From positions 371,194,001 to 371,258,000 of the forward strand of contig OZ024742.1 in the NCBI GenBank assembly GCA_964016885.1: a DNA stretch of 64,000 nt, in the 5' to 3' direction. The notes under the pieces were generated by a model. The model made no database searches. It was given only the letters and a program-made list of their open reading frames with translations, and was not told the origin of the DNA. Both the position numbers and the translations under genes were made by a program. Origin of the DNA: Eledone cirrhosa. Lineage: Eukaryota. Positions 45,001-54,514 of this stretch are shown piece after piece. Positions within the stretch are counted from its first letter, which is position 1. Every line of letters begins with the position of its first letter.

Positions 45001-47547
45001 TTTCATTAGAAATATGGTAATGAAAGCGTTAATGACATAAACAGGGTCTTTCATTAGAAATATGGTAATGAAAGGGTTAATGATATAGACAGTGTCTTTC
45101 ATTAGAAATATGGTAATGAAAGGGTTATTGACAGTGTCCTTTCATTAGAAATATGGTAATGAAAGGGTTAATGACATAAACAGTTGTCTTTCATTAGAAA
45201 TATGGTAATGAAAGAGTTAATGACATAGACAGTGTCTTTCATTAGAAATATGGTAATGAAAGGGTTGATGACATAGACAGTGTCCTTCATTAGAAATATG
45301 GTAATGAAAAGGTTAATGACATAAACAGTGTCTTTCATTAGTAATATGGTAATGAAAGGGTTAATGACATAGACAGTGTCTTTCGTTAGAAATATTGCAA
45401 TGAAAGGGTTAATGAAATAGACAGTGTCTTTCGTTAGAAATATTGCAATGAAAGGGTTAATGAAATAGACAGTGTCTTTCTTGAGAAATATGGTAATGAA
45501 AGGGTTAATGACATAAAGTGTCTTTCTTTAGAAATGTGTTAATGAAAGGGTTAATGACATAAACAGTCTCTTTCATTAGAAATATGGTAATGAAAGGGTT
45601 AATGACATAAACTGTCTTTCTTTAGAAATATGTTAATGAAAGGGTTAATGACATAGACAGTGTCTTTCATTAGAAATATGGTAATGAAAGGGTTAATGAC
45701 ATAGACAATGTCTTTCATTAGAAATATGGTAATGAAAGGGTTAATGACATAAACTGTCTTTCATTAGAAATATGGTAATGAAAGGGTTATTGACAGTGTC
45801 TTTCATTAGAAATATGGTAATGAAAGGGTTAATGACAGAAACAGTGTCTTTCATTAGAAATATGGTAATGAAAGGGTTAATGACATAAACAGGGTCTTTC
45901 ATTAGAAATATGGTAATGAAAGGGTTAATGATATAGACAGTGTCTTTCATTAGAAATATGGTAATGAAAAGGTTAATGACATAGACAGTGTCTTTCATTA
46001 GAAATATGGTAATGAAAGGGTTCATGACATAGACAGTGTCTTTCATTAGAAATATGGAAATGAAAGAGTTAATGACATAGACAGTGTCCTTCATTAGAAA
46101 TATGGTAATGAAAAGGTTAATGACATAAACGGTGTCTTTCATTAGTAATATGGTAATGAAAGGGTTAATGACATACAGTGTCTTTCATTACTAATATGGT
46201 AATGAAAGCGTTAATGACATAAACAGTGTCTTTCATCAGAAATATGGTTTATGAAAGGGTTAATGACATAAACACTGTCTTTCATTAGAAATATGGTTTA
46301 TGAAAGGGTTAATGACATAAAGTGTCTTTCTTTAGAAATGTGTTAATGAAAGGGTTAATGACATAAACAGTCTCTTTCATAAGAAATATGGTAATGAAAG
46401 GGTTAATGATATAGTCAGTGTCTTTCATTAGAAATATGGTAATGAAAGGGTTAATGATATAGTCAGTGTCTTTAATTAGAAATATGTTAATGAAAGGGTT
46501 AATGACAAACACTGTCTTTCATTAGAAATATGGTAATGAAAGGGTTAATGACATACAGTGTCTTTCATTACTAATATGGTAATGAAAGCGTTAATGACAT
46601 AAACAGTGTCTTTCATCAGAAATATGGTTTATGAAAGGGTTAATGACATAAACACTGTCTTTCATTAGAAATATGGTTTATGAAAGGGTTAATGACATAA
46701 ACACTGTCTTTCTTTAGAAATATGGTAATGAAGGGTTAATGACATAGACAGTGGCTTTCATTACTAATATGGTAATGAAAGGGTTAATGATATAGTCAGT
46801 GGTTTCTTTAGAAATATGGTAATGAAAGGGTTAATGATATAGTCAGTGGTTTCTTTAGAAATATGGTAATGAAAGGGTTAATGGCATAGACAGTGTCTTT
46901 CATTAGAAATATGGTAATGAAAGGGTTAATGACATAAACTGTCTTTCATTAGAAATATGGTAATGAAAGGGTTAATGACATACAGGCATGGTCAGCATTC
47001 CAGACACTGCCCACAACAGGACAACCCGTCTAACCCATGCTAGCGTCGAAGAACGGACGTAAAACGGTGATGATGATGATGATGTCTTTCATTAGAACTA
47101 TAGTAATGAAAGGGTTAATGATATAGTCAGTGTCTTTCATTAGAAATATGGTAGTGAAAGGGTTAATGACATAGACAGTGTCTTTCATTAGAAATATGGT
47201 AATGAAAGGGTTAATGGCATAGACAGTGTCTTTCATTAGAAATATGGTAACGAAAGGGTTAATGATATAGTCAGTGTCTTTCATTAGAAATATGGTAATG
47301 AAAGGGTTAATGATATAGTCAGTGTCTTTCGTTAGAAATATGGTAATGAAAGGGTTAATGACATAGACAGTGTCTTTCATTAGAAATATGGTAATGAAAG
47401 GGTTAATGGCATAGACAGTGTCTTTCATTAGAAATATGGTAATGAAAGGATTAATGACATAGGTAGTGTCTTTCATTAGAAATATGGTAATGAAAGGGTT
47501 AATGATATAGACTGTCTTTCATTAGAGATATGGAATGAAAGGGTTTA
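1..47547. repeat. Giant intronic tandem satellite, 48-bp monomer (TTAATGACATAAACAGTGTCTTTCATTAGAAATATGGTAATGAAAGGG), about 1,000 copies, continues beyond the left edge
   Basis: Continuous head-to-tail repetition read directly. Length variants of 42, 46, 47 and 49 bp recur. The only interruption seen is a SINE fragment near 46986-47082. The array ends ...GAAAGGGTTTA at 47547. Confidence 0.99.
46986..47082 (+). mobile_element. 5'-truncated SINE/RTE-type 3' tail inserted into a satellite monomer
   Basis: GCATGGTCAGC...CCCGTCTAACCCATGCTAGCGTCGAAGAACGGACGTAAAACGG(TGA)n splits a monomer between ACAG and TGTC. It closely matches 56475-56566. Confidence 0.9.
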
Positions 47548-47597
47548 TCAAAATTGCTGAAGTAATTGAAAAAAATGACTTATGGTGTCTCTTACAG

Positions 47598-47713
47598 GTA
47601 GCTAACTTGGTTCATCAACTTTATCAAGGAAATCGTAGCAGCTATGTACAGCAAGTCATGTTGAAAGCCATTCCTAGGTTGGCAGCTTTTGATCCAGAGT
47701 TGTTCTCCAGAAC
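47598..47713 (+). CDS. MTOR: mTOR internal exon A (116 nt, phase 0 to 2): VANLVHQLYQGNRSSYVQQVMLKAIPRLAAFDPELFSR
   Basis: cttacag| acceptor and |gtaagt donor. PRLAAF matches human mTOR LPRLAAFRP. The frame continues into exon B. Confidence 0.93.
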
Positions 47714-48204
47714 GTAAGTACACTTCATTTATTTTGGTATTAACCTACTCTAAAACCCACATCTAGTTTTATGAAACATAACCATCGCATCTGTTGGTAT
47801 AACCTGCTCCAAAACCACATCTTTATTTTGTTTCTACAAGGTTTCTTCATTAATATACAAAAGCAATAACAATACCATTCACATACTGTGGAATATGAAA
47901 TTAGAGAAAGGCATTCCAGATATGAGCATCTGGTTTTCTCTGGGATATGGTATATTCCTGACTGCAAGGGGTTCAGTTGGCAGAGTTAAAGATGGAGTAG
48001 ATGATATATTGAACAAAGGTGTATCTCTGTTAAAAATAATATAAACATTGTTTCTAATGAAATACAGAAGTACTATGATTTTCATTCAACTATCTGGTAA
48101 TCTCATCCAGTGCCTTATCAGGCAATACTCTGTAGCAAGTCTAGTTTAAATTAAAATCTTATTTAATTTTATATAAACACACCATATGTTAACAAAATAA
48201 ACAC

Positions 48205-48413
48205 AGTCCACGCTGTAATGTGGCCGTGCAGGTAACACGGTAAAAACCTCCCAGTCCACACTGTAAACGTGGTTGGTGTTAGGAAGGGCATCCAGCCGTA
48301 GAAAACCCGCCAGACAGTCCTATACAAGCAAGACAACCAATCTTGCCTGAAGTGGGAAAATTCCCGTCCAAACCCATGCAAGCGTGGAAGATGGACGTTA
48401 AATGATGATGATG
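48205..48413 (+). mobile_element. SINE 3' part with RTE-like (TGA)n tail
   Basis: GTGGTTGGTGTTAGGAAGGGCATCCAGCCGTAGAAA...CCCATGCAAGCGTGGAAGATGGACGTTAAA(TGA)n. Related copies at 48491, 53520 and 56350. Confidence 0.85.
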
Positions 48414-48490
48414 TTAAGTTATTATTGTATGGAAAAGTCATTTTAGACTTTTGAAAAACAGAAAACTTTTTATTTATTTATTTATTTATA

Positions 48491-48768
48491 ATGTGGTTGT
48501 GTAGGTGTCACAACAAAAAGCACCCAGTCCATACTGTAAAGTGGTTGTGTAGGTGTCATGACAAAAAGCATCCAGTCCACACACAACAAAAAACACCCCG
48601 TACAGATTCTAAAGTGGTTGGCATTAGGAAGGGCATCCAGCCATAGAAACCAAGCCAAAATCTGTCCATTGTGAGCTGGAGATCATCTGCTCTGGCTTGA
48701 CTCACATCTAGACAACTTGCTTAACCCATGCTAACATGAAGTGATAGACGTTAAACAGTGATGATGAT
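48491..48768 (+). mobile_element. SINE 3' part, same family, with internal tandem duplication
   Basis: Duplicated GTGGTTGTGTAGGTGTCA...AAAAAGCA-CCAGTCCA, then AGGAAGGGCATCCAGCC...AACCCATGCTAACATG...GACGTTAAAC and a (TGA)n tail. Confidence 0.8.
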
Positions 48769-48848
48769 TATTGCTGTCAAAATCTTCATTGAACTGACCC
48801 AGTTACAGACACAACTTCATTGCCTGAAAAGTACAACTCTGAAATATG

Positions 48849-48957
48849 TTAAGTTACTATCTCACTCATGAAATGATTAGGATTTTAGTAAATCCTGCAA
48901 AATTCTTTATTAATTAATTGAAATAGTGTATTTCATTAGAAATATGGTCATGAAAAG
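48849..48957 (-). mobile_element. Partial copy of the piggyBac-like MITE, including the satellite-related terminus
   Basis: TTAAGTTACTATCT...TTAATTGAAATAGTGTATTTCATTAGAAATATGGTCATGAAAAG matches the reverse complement of 54646-54755. Confidence 0.8.
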
Positions 48958-49041
48958 TGGTGGTGGTAGTGAAGATGATTTGAAAAGTAGAGGAGGTGGT
49001 GGTGAAGATGATTTGAAAAGTAGTGGTGGTGGTGAAGATGA
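48951..49041. repeat. Three-copy tandem repeat of about 30-33 bp (TGAAAAGTRG(TGG)nTGAAGATGATT)
   Basis: Read directly. The first copy overlaps the MITE end. Confidence 0.8.
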
Positions 49042-49108
49042 CTAAATTGACTTTTTATGTGTTAAAAAACAGATCTCTCGTGTTCTTTTCTCACCTCCTT
49101 ATACCCAG

Positions 49109-49288
49109 GTACCTGCGAGATACCATCACATATTTACTTAATGCTTTGCGGCGTGATAAAGAGCGTGCTGCTGCATTCCAAGCAGTCGGTCTTTTGGCTG
49201 TAGCTGTCAAGGATAACATCTTCAACTTCTGCAATAGAATCATGGAATTTGTGAGAAGTGCTCTACCACCCAAAGATTTACCACAAAA
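49109..49288 (+). CDS. MTOR: mTOR internal exon B (180 nt): YLRDTITYLLNALRRDKERAAAFQAVGLLAVAV...SALPPKDLPQK
   Basis: cccag| and |gtaagt. Matches human YLQDTMNHVL...KEKERTAAFQALGLLSVAV...RAALPPKD. Confidence 0.97.
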
Positions 49289-49720
49289 GTAAGTATACAA
49301 TTTTATATTTTTGTCTTTTGAAGTCCCTTGTGTGGGGGTTGCTGATGAAGAGAGAGGGGTTGCTGAGGAAGAGAGAGGAGTGTTACTGAAAGGAAAGATG
49401 TATGCTGCACGTGGGAGAAATGTGATTTATGGAGGTAAGACTCAAGTGATGAACATGGAGCAGTAGAGAAGGTTGGAAAGACATGGAAGAGAAAGGTGTA
49501 TGTTACATGTTTGAGAAGTGTAACATGTTTTGAGAAGTGCCATGATTTATATGACAAACAAATCCTGAAACCCCCCCCCCCCCCCCCCAAATGAAATACA
49601 TTTAATGCTATTACCATCAGTATTGATGACACTGGTTCATTAGTCTATCTTATATTTTGGTTTATAATTAATTGTCTTTGGATAAATTTGATTAAATAAA
49701 AGTAATGTCTCACTTTTCAG

Positions 49721-49849
49721 GAAACAGAAAGCTATTTCTGTAGAGCCTTCAGTTTTTACCTGTATCAGCATGTTGGGGCGAGCTTTGGAAACGTCAATTG
49801 CTCGTGACATGAAGGATATCTTGGACTCTATGCTGTTCACAGGTTTAAG
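49721..49849 (+). CDS. MTOR: mTOR internal exon C (129 nt): KQKAISVEPSVFTCISMLGRALETSIARDMKDILDSMLFTGL
   Basis: ttttcag| and |gtaaat. Matches human RQKAMQVDATVFTCISMLARAM. Translated by hand; this frame is absent from the ORF track. Confidence 0.96.
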
Positions 49850-50194
49850 GTAAATACTTCAATTTAACAATAGTTCTGCTTATTAACTCTTAACGTCCTG
49901 CACCACAACAGCATTGTCAAAATATGCTGGAAAATTACAAAATTTTGTCACATTTAAAATTAGTCTTCACTTTAGTTTACTGCAAATTTTCACCACAATC
50001 TGTCAACTACTAGTAAAGCTAATGTAAAAACAAATCCAAGTTTAGATATTTTCTACTAAATGATGCCCAGATTTTAAGACTTAAAATCTTGCAGGATTTT
50101 TAGTTTTCAATTATATTACATATATGAGAGGTAGGGTGTGAGAGCAGATCTCAAATTACTAAAACTGGCAGAGATGTTGAAGAAACGCGACAGG

Positions 50195-50273
50195 TGGAGA
50201 GATGCCGCGCTGTGAAGGACTTGTCTAGCCCATGCAAGTGTGGAAAAACGGACGTAAAAACTATCATGATGAT
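50195..50273 (+). mobile_element. SINE 3' tail fragment
   Basis: TGTCTAGCCCATGCAAGTGTGGAAAAACGGACGTAAAAAC...ATGATGATG, the same tail as the other copies. Confidence 0.7.
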
Positions 50274-50865
50274 GGTCAATACCATGGTAGATGGAAACTG
50301 CTCATTACATTGTGTGTGTCAATCCACTCATGTCTTTGTTTATATATGTGTCTGTTTATTTTGGAGAGCAGTGAAAAATGGCAATTATGGTGCCACATGG
50401 GGGGCTAATTAATTGGTAGAGTATTTTATTTCTATTTGAGTCGGCTAACATTTTTATTCATTTATAAAATTGTACAAATAAATCAGTCACACACATGTAC
50501 ACCAGGTCCAAACACAGGAACCAGACTCCTATTGGTAGAGTTGTATTGGATTAAATGCCATGCTATTTGTTACGATTCTGTACTTTGAGGTCACTTTGCC
50601 TTTCATTCCTTCGCAGTCAATAAAGTACCAATCCAAGAATGGTGGATTGACAAAATTGTTAGAATAGTCTGAAGGGTTCAGTCTGATCTGGCTGTTTGTA
50701 TTCTGAGTTCAAATCTTACCTCCTCCTGCCAGGTATCAGCAAAGGAAAGAGCAGTGGAAACATTGTTTCTTTGGTCCAATCTGATGATCAACTCCTCTTT
50801 TAATAGATCTGACAGGCTGAAGATTTTGTGGGAGTTCTTTGGTGCCTTTCTGTTTTGACTTTTAA

Positions 50866-51068
50866 CTCTTATACCAAACTGCCTGAAACTGCCCCTGGTT
50901 CTACAATACAAAGTTGTATATTTATCTAAAAAATTTCATGATTTTATTTAACACCAGTTTAATAATGAGAAAGATATATTACTAAGTCTGTCCAAATTCT
51001 TGGTTATTTTCAAAACTATTTGAAAATCATCAGCAGTGTGTTTTATTAGAAATATGGTAATGAAAGGG
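50866..51068 (-). mobile_element. piggyBac-like MITE (related subfamily) whose terminus is nearly identical to the satellite monomer
   Basis: Starts TTAA|CTCTTATACCAAAC and ends CAGTGTGTTTTATTAGAAATATGGTAATGAAAGGG. 51034-51068 matches the satellite at 33/35 nt. The right-hand TTAA is degenerate. Confidence 0.75.
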
Positions 51069-51192
51069 CTTATGTTGCTAGAATTGATTTGTATTTGATT
51101 CTACCCCAACTGTGAAGGTCAGTCAATACCACTAATCAAATGTGTTTTTTTATTCCACTACTAATATTGGCCCTGTATTTATATCAAAGTTA

Positions 51193-51300
51193 AGGTGGCC
51201 TAGGGGTTAAGGTTGGACTTAGTCATAAGGCTGTGGATTTGATTTCTGGACCATACAGCATATTGTGTTCTTGAGCATGATGCTTTATTTCATGTTGTGT
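51193..51300 (+). mobile_element. Degenerate tRNA-head SINE 5' part
   Basis: A-box-like TGGCCTAGGGGTTAAGG, then TGTGTTCTTGAGCA...CTTTATTTCATGTTG, similar to 53349-53490. Confidence 0.6.
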
Positions 51301-51426
51301 TTCATGATAGGCCTGGGGGTCCCTTTCATTGAAAACACTTGAGAAACCTGTGAGGTGCAGCCTTGTAGATAACCAGCTAAATGTGCACAAGTGTGAGCAG
51401 TAATTTTCATTTATTTTTCATTTCAG

Positions 51427-51584
51427 TCCTGCACTGACAGCTGCCCTGCGGGATCTAGCCACCTATATTCCCCAGATGAAGAAAGATATCCAAGACGGGT
51501 TACTTAGGATGTTGTCCTTGATTCTGATTGGTCGACCACTTCAGCATCCTGGTGCTCCCAAGAATTTACCCATTGGATCGTCTG
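51427..51584 (+). CDS. MTOR: mTOR internal exon D (158 nt): PALTAALRDLATYIPQMKKDIQDGLLRMLSLILIGRPLQHPGAPKNLPIGSS
   Basis: tttcag| and |gtaagc. Matches human SPALTAVLYDLSRQIPQLKKDIQDGLLKMLSLVL. Translated by hand. Confidence 0.97.
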
Positions 51585-51756
51585 GTAAGCAAATCCATTT
51601 TTTGTATACTATTTCAGAAAGCATGTGGCTTAGTGGTCTTAAGTAATAATGGCAAGGGGAAAATATGAACAAAACTTGTTCTATAGAATCTACATTAGAC
51701 TATAAAATAGTTTAAATTTGTTATGAACTCAAAGTAGTTGGAATAACATGTACTAG

Positions 51757-51870
51757 GAGGTGAAGGTGGATGGCTTAATGGTTAGTATTGGATTAACAAT
51801 CATAAGGAATTTAATTCTTGGACTGTGTGGACTCTTGTGTTCTTGAATAAGGCCCTTCTCTTTACATTGC
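51757..51870 (+). mobile_element. Degenerate tRNA-head SINE 5' part
   Basis: TGGCTTAATGGTTAG A-box-like motif, then TGTGTTCTTGAATAAGGC...TTTACATTGC. Confidence 0.55.
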
Positions 51871-52025
51871 TTTTTTTTTTTAAGGCCCCTATCATTAAAA
51901 CACCCAGAAGCCTATGAGTTACAATCTCGGATGTGAGCTGCAAGAATATAATTTCATGTATTGGTGGCAGAGAAGTTCTGATTAGAAATTTACATTACTT
52001 GTTAGATACAGTGACTTAGCTTTCT

Positions 52026-52232
52026 TCATCATCACCATTTTGTGTCTATTTTCCATGTTAGTATGGATTAGACTGTCATGTTCTGAAGCAAATCAAATGA
52101 CCACATCTTCCTCATATGTTCCATTCTGGCATAGTTTCTATGGTTAGATGCTCTTCATAACATCAACCATTTTAAAGCATGTAGTGGGTGCTTTTTATCA
52201 TGGCACCAACACTACCACCTTATTTGGTAGAC
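52026..52232 (-). mobile_element. SINE 3' part in reverse orientation
   Basis: CATCATCA...TTTTCCATGTTAGTATGGATTAGAC...TTTCTATGGTTAGATGCTCTTC...GGGTGCTTTTT is the reverse complement of the + strand copies. Confidence 0.75.
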
Positions 52233-52443
52233 TGGATGCTTTTTATTGTAGCACCAGCACTACCACCTTACAGGGTGGATTTTGTTGTAACACCAGCCTT
52301 ATAGGATGGTCTGGGTGTTTGTTATTGTAACACCAGCACTACTATAATGGTGCCTTATAGATTGGGCTGGGTGCTTTTTATTGTAACACCAGCACTACCA
52401 CCTTATAGAATGGTCTGGGTGTTTGTTATTGTAACACCAGCAA
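52204..52443. repeat. Minisatellite of about 6 irregular copies (CTGGGTGCTTTTTATTGTAACACCAGCACTACCACCTTATAGAATGGT) growing out of the SINE
   Basis: GGGTGYTT...TTGTAACACCAGC recurs; the first unit is the end of the SINE fragment. Confidence 0.8.
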
Positions 52444-52679
52444 ACAGAAACTAGTGTTGTTACTATAGTTATATGTGATGTTTACTTATGTAGTTAACAG
52501 TTAATAACCAATGTTATTAGTATATCTATGATATATATTGTTTACATATTGTCCAGCGATTAAGACACCAATAGTATATCTATATGTATTGTTTACATAT
52601 TGTCCGATGTTATTAGTATATCTATCTATGCTATGTGTATTATTGTTTAATTATTGTGTATTTATTTGCTTTTTTCCAG

Positions 52680-52751
52680 CTGGCAGTGATTCACAGGATG
52701 ACACCAGTATTACATTGGCACTCTCAACTCTGGGTAGTTTTGATTTTGAAG
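52680..52751 (+). CDS. MTOR: mTOR internal exon E (72 nt): GSDSQDDTSITLALSTLGSFDFE
   Basis: ttttccag| and |gtaaaa. Matches human SITLALRTLGSFEFEG. Confidence 0.97.
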
Positions 52752-53249
52752 GTAAAACAGATTGATTTCTATTGTTCAGGGCAATAACTGAAAATATCTT
52801 TACTTTAAATCATCTATTAAGACTAATGGTTGTCTGTTACAGATGAACAACTAAAGAGTGTGTCTGTGAAACATATGCATATCCATCAGGTCCGAACACA
52901 AAGGAACCTAACTCCTACTGTCACTGACCCTCCGTCTCTCCTCTCCCCATCTTTCACTATTATGAGCAAATGGGGGCTCATGTGCTGGCCACCCAGTGGT
53001 CCCAGTGAACAGAAGAGAAGGCATTCCCCTGGAGGATGGTGATAGAACTGCTGAAAGAGCCATTCCAGCTTGTAAGGCTCACACCTGCAGGTAGCCAACT
53101 CTGTGCCAATGGTAGTGAGTAGGGAGGTGGCCCTAGGGTCAAGGACACCAGGAGTCTCCACCGCTCTGGGCTCAACCGCAAACCTGTATTTGAGAGTTAT
53201 GGGTGTTATCATCAATCACTGACGTGTTGGGTTGTCTCATTGAGATTGG

Positions 53250-53315
53250 ATAAGAATTGAACCCATAACTTTATGATCATGAATCCACTACCACCTTAAC
53301 CACTAGGCTATGTGG
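53250..53315 (-). mobile_element. tRNA-derived SINE head, reverse strand
   Basis: The reverse complement has an A box (TAGCCTAGTGGTTAAGG) and a B-box-like GGGTTCAATTC. Confidence 0.6.
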
Positions 53316-53348
53316 CAACATTTAACCATTTCATACCATATTTGGTAT

Positions 53349-53490
53349 GGAGGCACATGGCTTAGTGGTTAGAGCATTGGCCTTGCAATCGAAAGGTTGT
53401 GAGTTCAATTTTCAGACCGGGTGATGTGTTGTTTCTTTGAGCAAGACACTTTATTTCACATTGCTCCAGTTATCTCAGCTGTAGAAATGA
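53349..53490 (+). mobile_element. tRNA-derived SINE head plus CORE-like body
   Basis: GGAGGCACATGGCTTAGTGGTTAGAGC (A box), GAGTTCAATT (B box), then TTGAGCAAGACACTTTATTTCACATTGCTCCAG. Confidence 0.75.
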
Positions 53491-53517
53491 GATGATAGGA
53501 CTGGGGTCCCTATCATT

Positions 53518-53738
53518 CCACTGCAAAGTGGTCATGGAGGTGCCACGGCAAAAAAGCACGCAGCCCACACTGTAAAGTGGATGTGTAAGCGCCACGGCAA
53601 AAAAGCACCCAGCACTCACTGTAAATGAGGTTGGTGTTAGGAAGGGCATCCAGCTGTAGAAATCAAGCCAGAATCAGTTCCCGTCTCACCCTTGCAAGCA
53701 AGGAAAAAGCGGACGTAAAATGATGATGACGATGATGA
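53518..53738 (+). mobile_element. SINE 3' part with (TGA)n tail
   Basis: Highly similar to 56350-56566 (AAAAAGCACCC-GCACTC-CTGTAAATGAGGTTGGTGTTAGGAAGGGCAT). Confidence 0.85.
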
Positions 53739-53999
53739 ATTTCTGCTATGATATATACTGCCTATCTTTTAAATGGAGAGATTTAGTAAATGTTATTAGT
53801 CAGCTGGACCAGGTAGCATGTTGTTTTGTTGAGCAAGGCACTTCATGTCGCATTCCTTTTCATGAGGTCCCTATCAATAAACCACCTGGAATTACCTCAT
53901 AGAGGTCCAGCTAAACCTGCATGGGTATGAGTTGGTGTTTGGAACCTACCGTAACAAAATATTTTCAGATAAAATTCCTTGTGGACAGTTTTTACTTAA

Positions 54000-54395
54000 C
54001 CCTTTCATTAGAAATATAGAGTAATCAAAACTGTGTTGGGATTTAGTATTATCTTTATTATTAAGTTGGTGTTTGAAGACCAACTTAACAAAATGTTCTT
54101 ATATAAAATCACAATGGAAGGTTTAACTCTTTAGCATTTAAACTGGCCATATCCAGCCAGAATTCTCTCGCTGCTTTCTGTTCAAAATGACCATAACTGG
54201 CCACTCGTTTTGATGTTAAGGTATTGTTCTCAAAATAAATAATATCAAAATCTAATAGATTCAATGTGAGATAATAGGGGAAATAAAGCCTTTACTGCAA
54301 AAATACAATAGTATATATAGAGTAATGTGAATGCTAAGGGGTTAAACATAGACATATTAAAACCTGGGCAGTTACAGACAGATTGGTATCAAGTG
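54000..54395 (+). mobile_element. piggyBac-like MITE (outer element) interrupted by a nested MITE
   Basis: TTAA (53996-53999)|CCCTTTCATTA...GGGCAGTTACAGACAGATTGGTATCAAGTG|TTAA (54396-54399). The right end is the reverse complement of the 50866 element's left end. Confidence 0.65.
54127..54341. mobile_element. Nested piggyBac-like MITE of a second family
   Basis: TTAA|CTCTTTAGCATTTA...TGAATGCTAAGGGG|TTAA: imperfect 14-bp TIRs with TTAA on both sides. Confidence 0.85.
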
Positions 54396-54514
54396 TTAAA
54401 TATAATAGAAGATTCCATGTTATGGAGAGGGGGGGGGGGGGGTTATCAAAAGAGTTAAGCTTGTTGATTTGTTGTTTCCTTATTCTACATTGTTTCTTCT
54501 GTTATTAATAGAGG

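Noticed and set aside
326-47476. Dozens of minus-strand ORFs with the MKDTVYVINPFITIFL repeat
   Set aside because: They arise because 48 and 42 bp are multiples of 3 and one frame lacks stops. Frequent 46/47/49-bp variants break the frame freely, showing no coding constraint.
1-47547. CRISPR-like array (palindromic constant part plus variable part)
   Set aside because: The variable parts are short mutational variants of one sequence, not unique spacers. There are no cas genes and the context is a spliced eukaryotic gene.
1-47547. Telomeric-like AGGGTTA in each monomer
   Set aside because: It occurs once per 48 bp, never as tandem TTAGGG, and is explained by the MITE end GGG plus the TTAA target site.
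53349-53420. Possible tRNA gene
   Set aside because: A and B boxes are present, but the sequence runs into a SINE body and has degenerate relatives nearby; no convincing cloverleaf.
49571-54442. Poly-C (near 49571) and poly-G (near 54429) tracts as a pairing or G-quadruplex element
   Set aside because: Simple homopolymers of uncertain assembled length with no further supporting structure.
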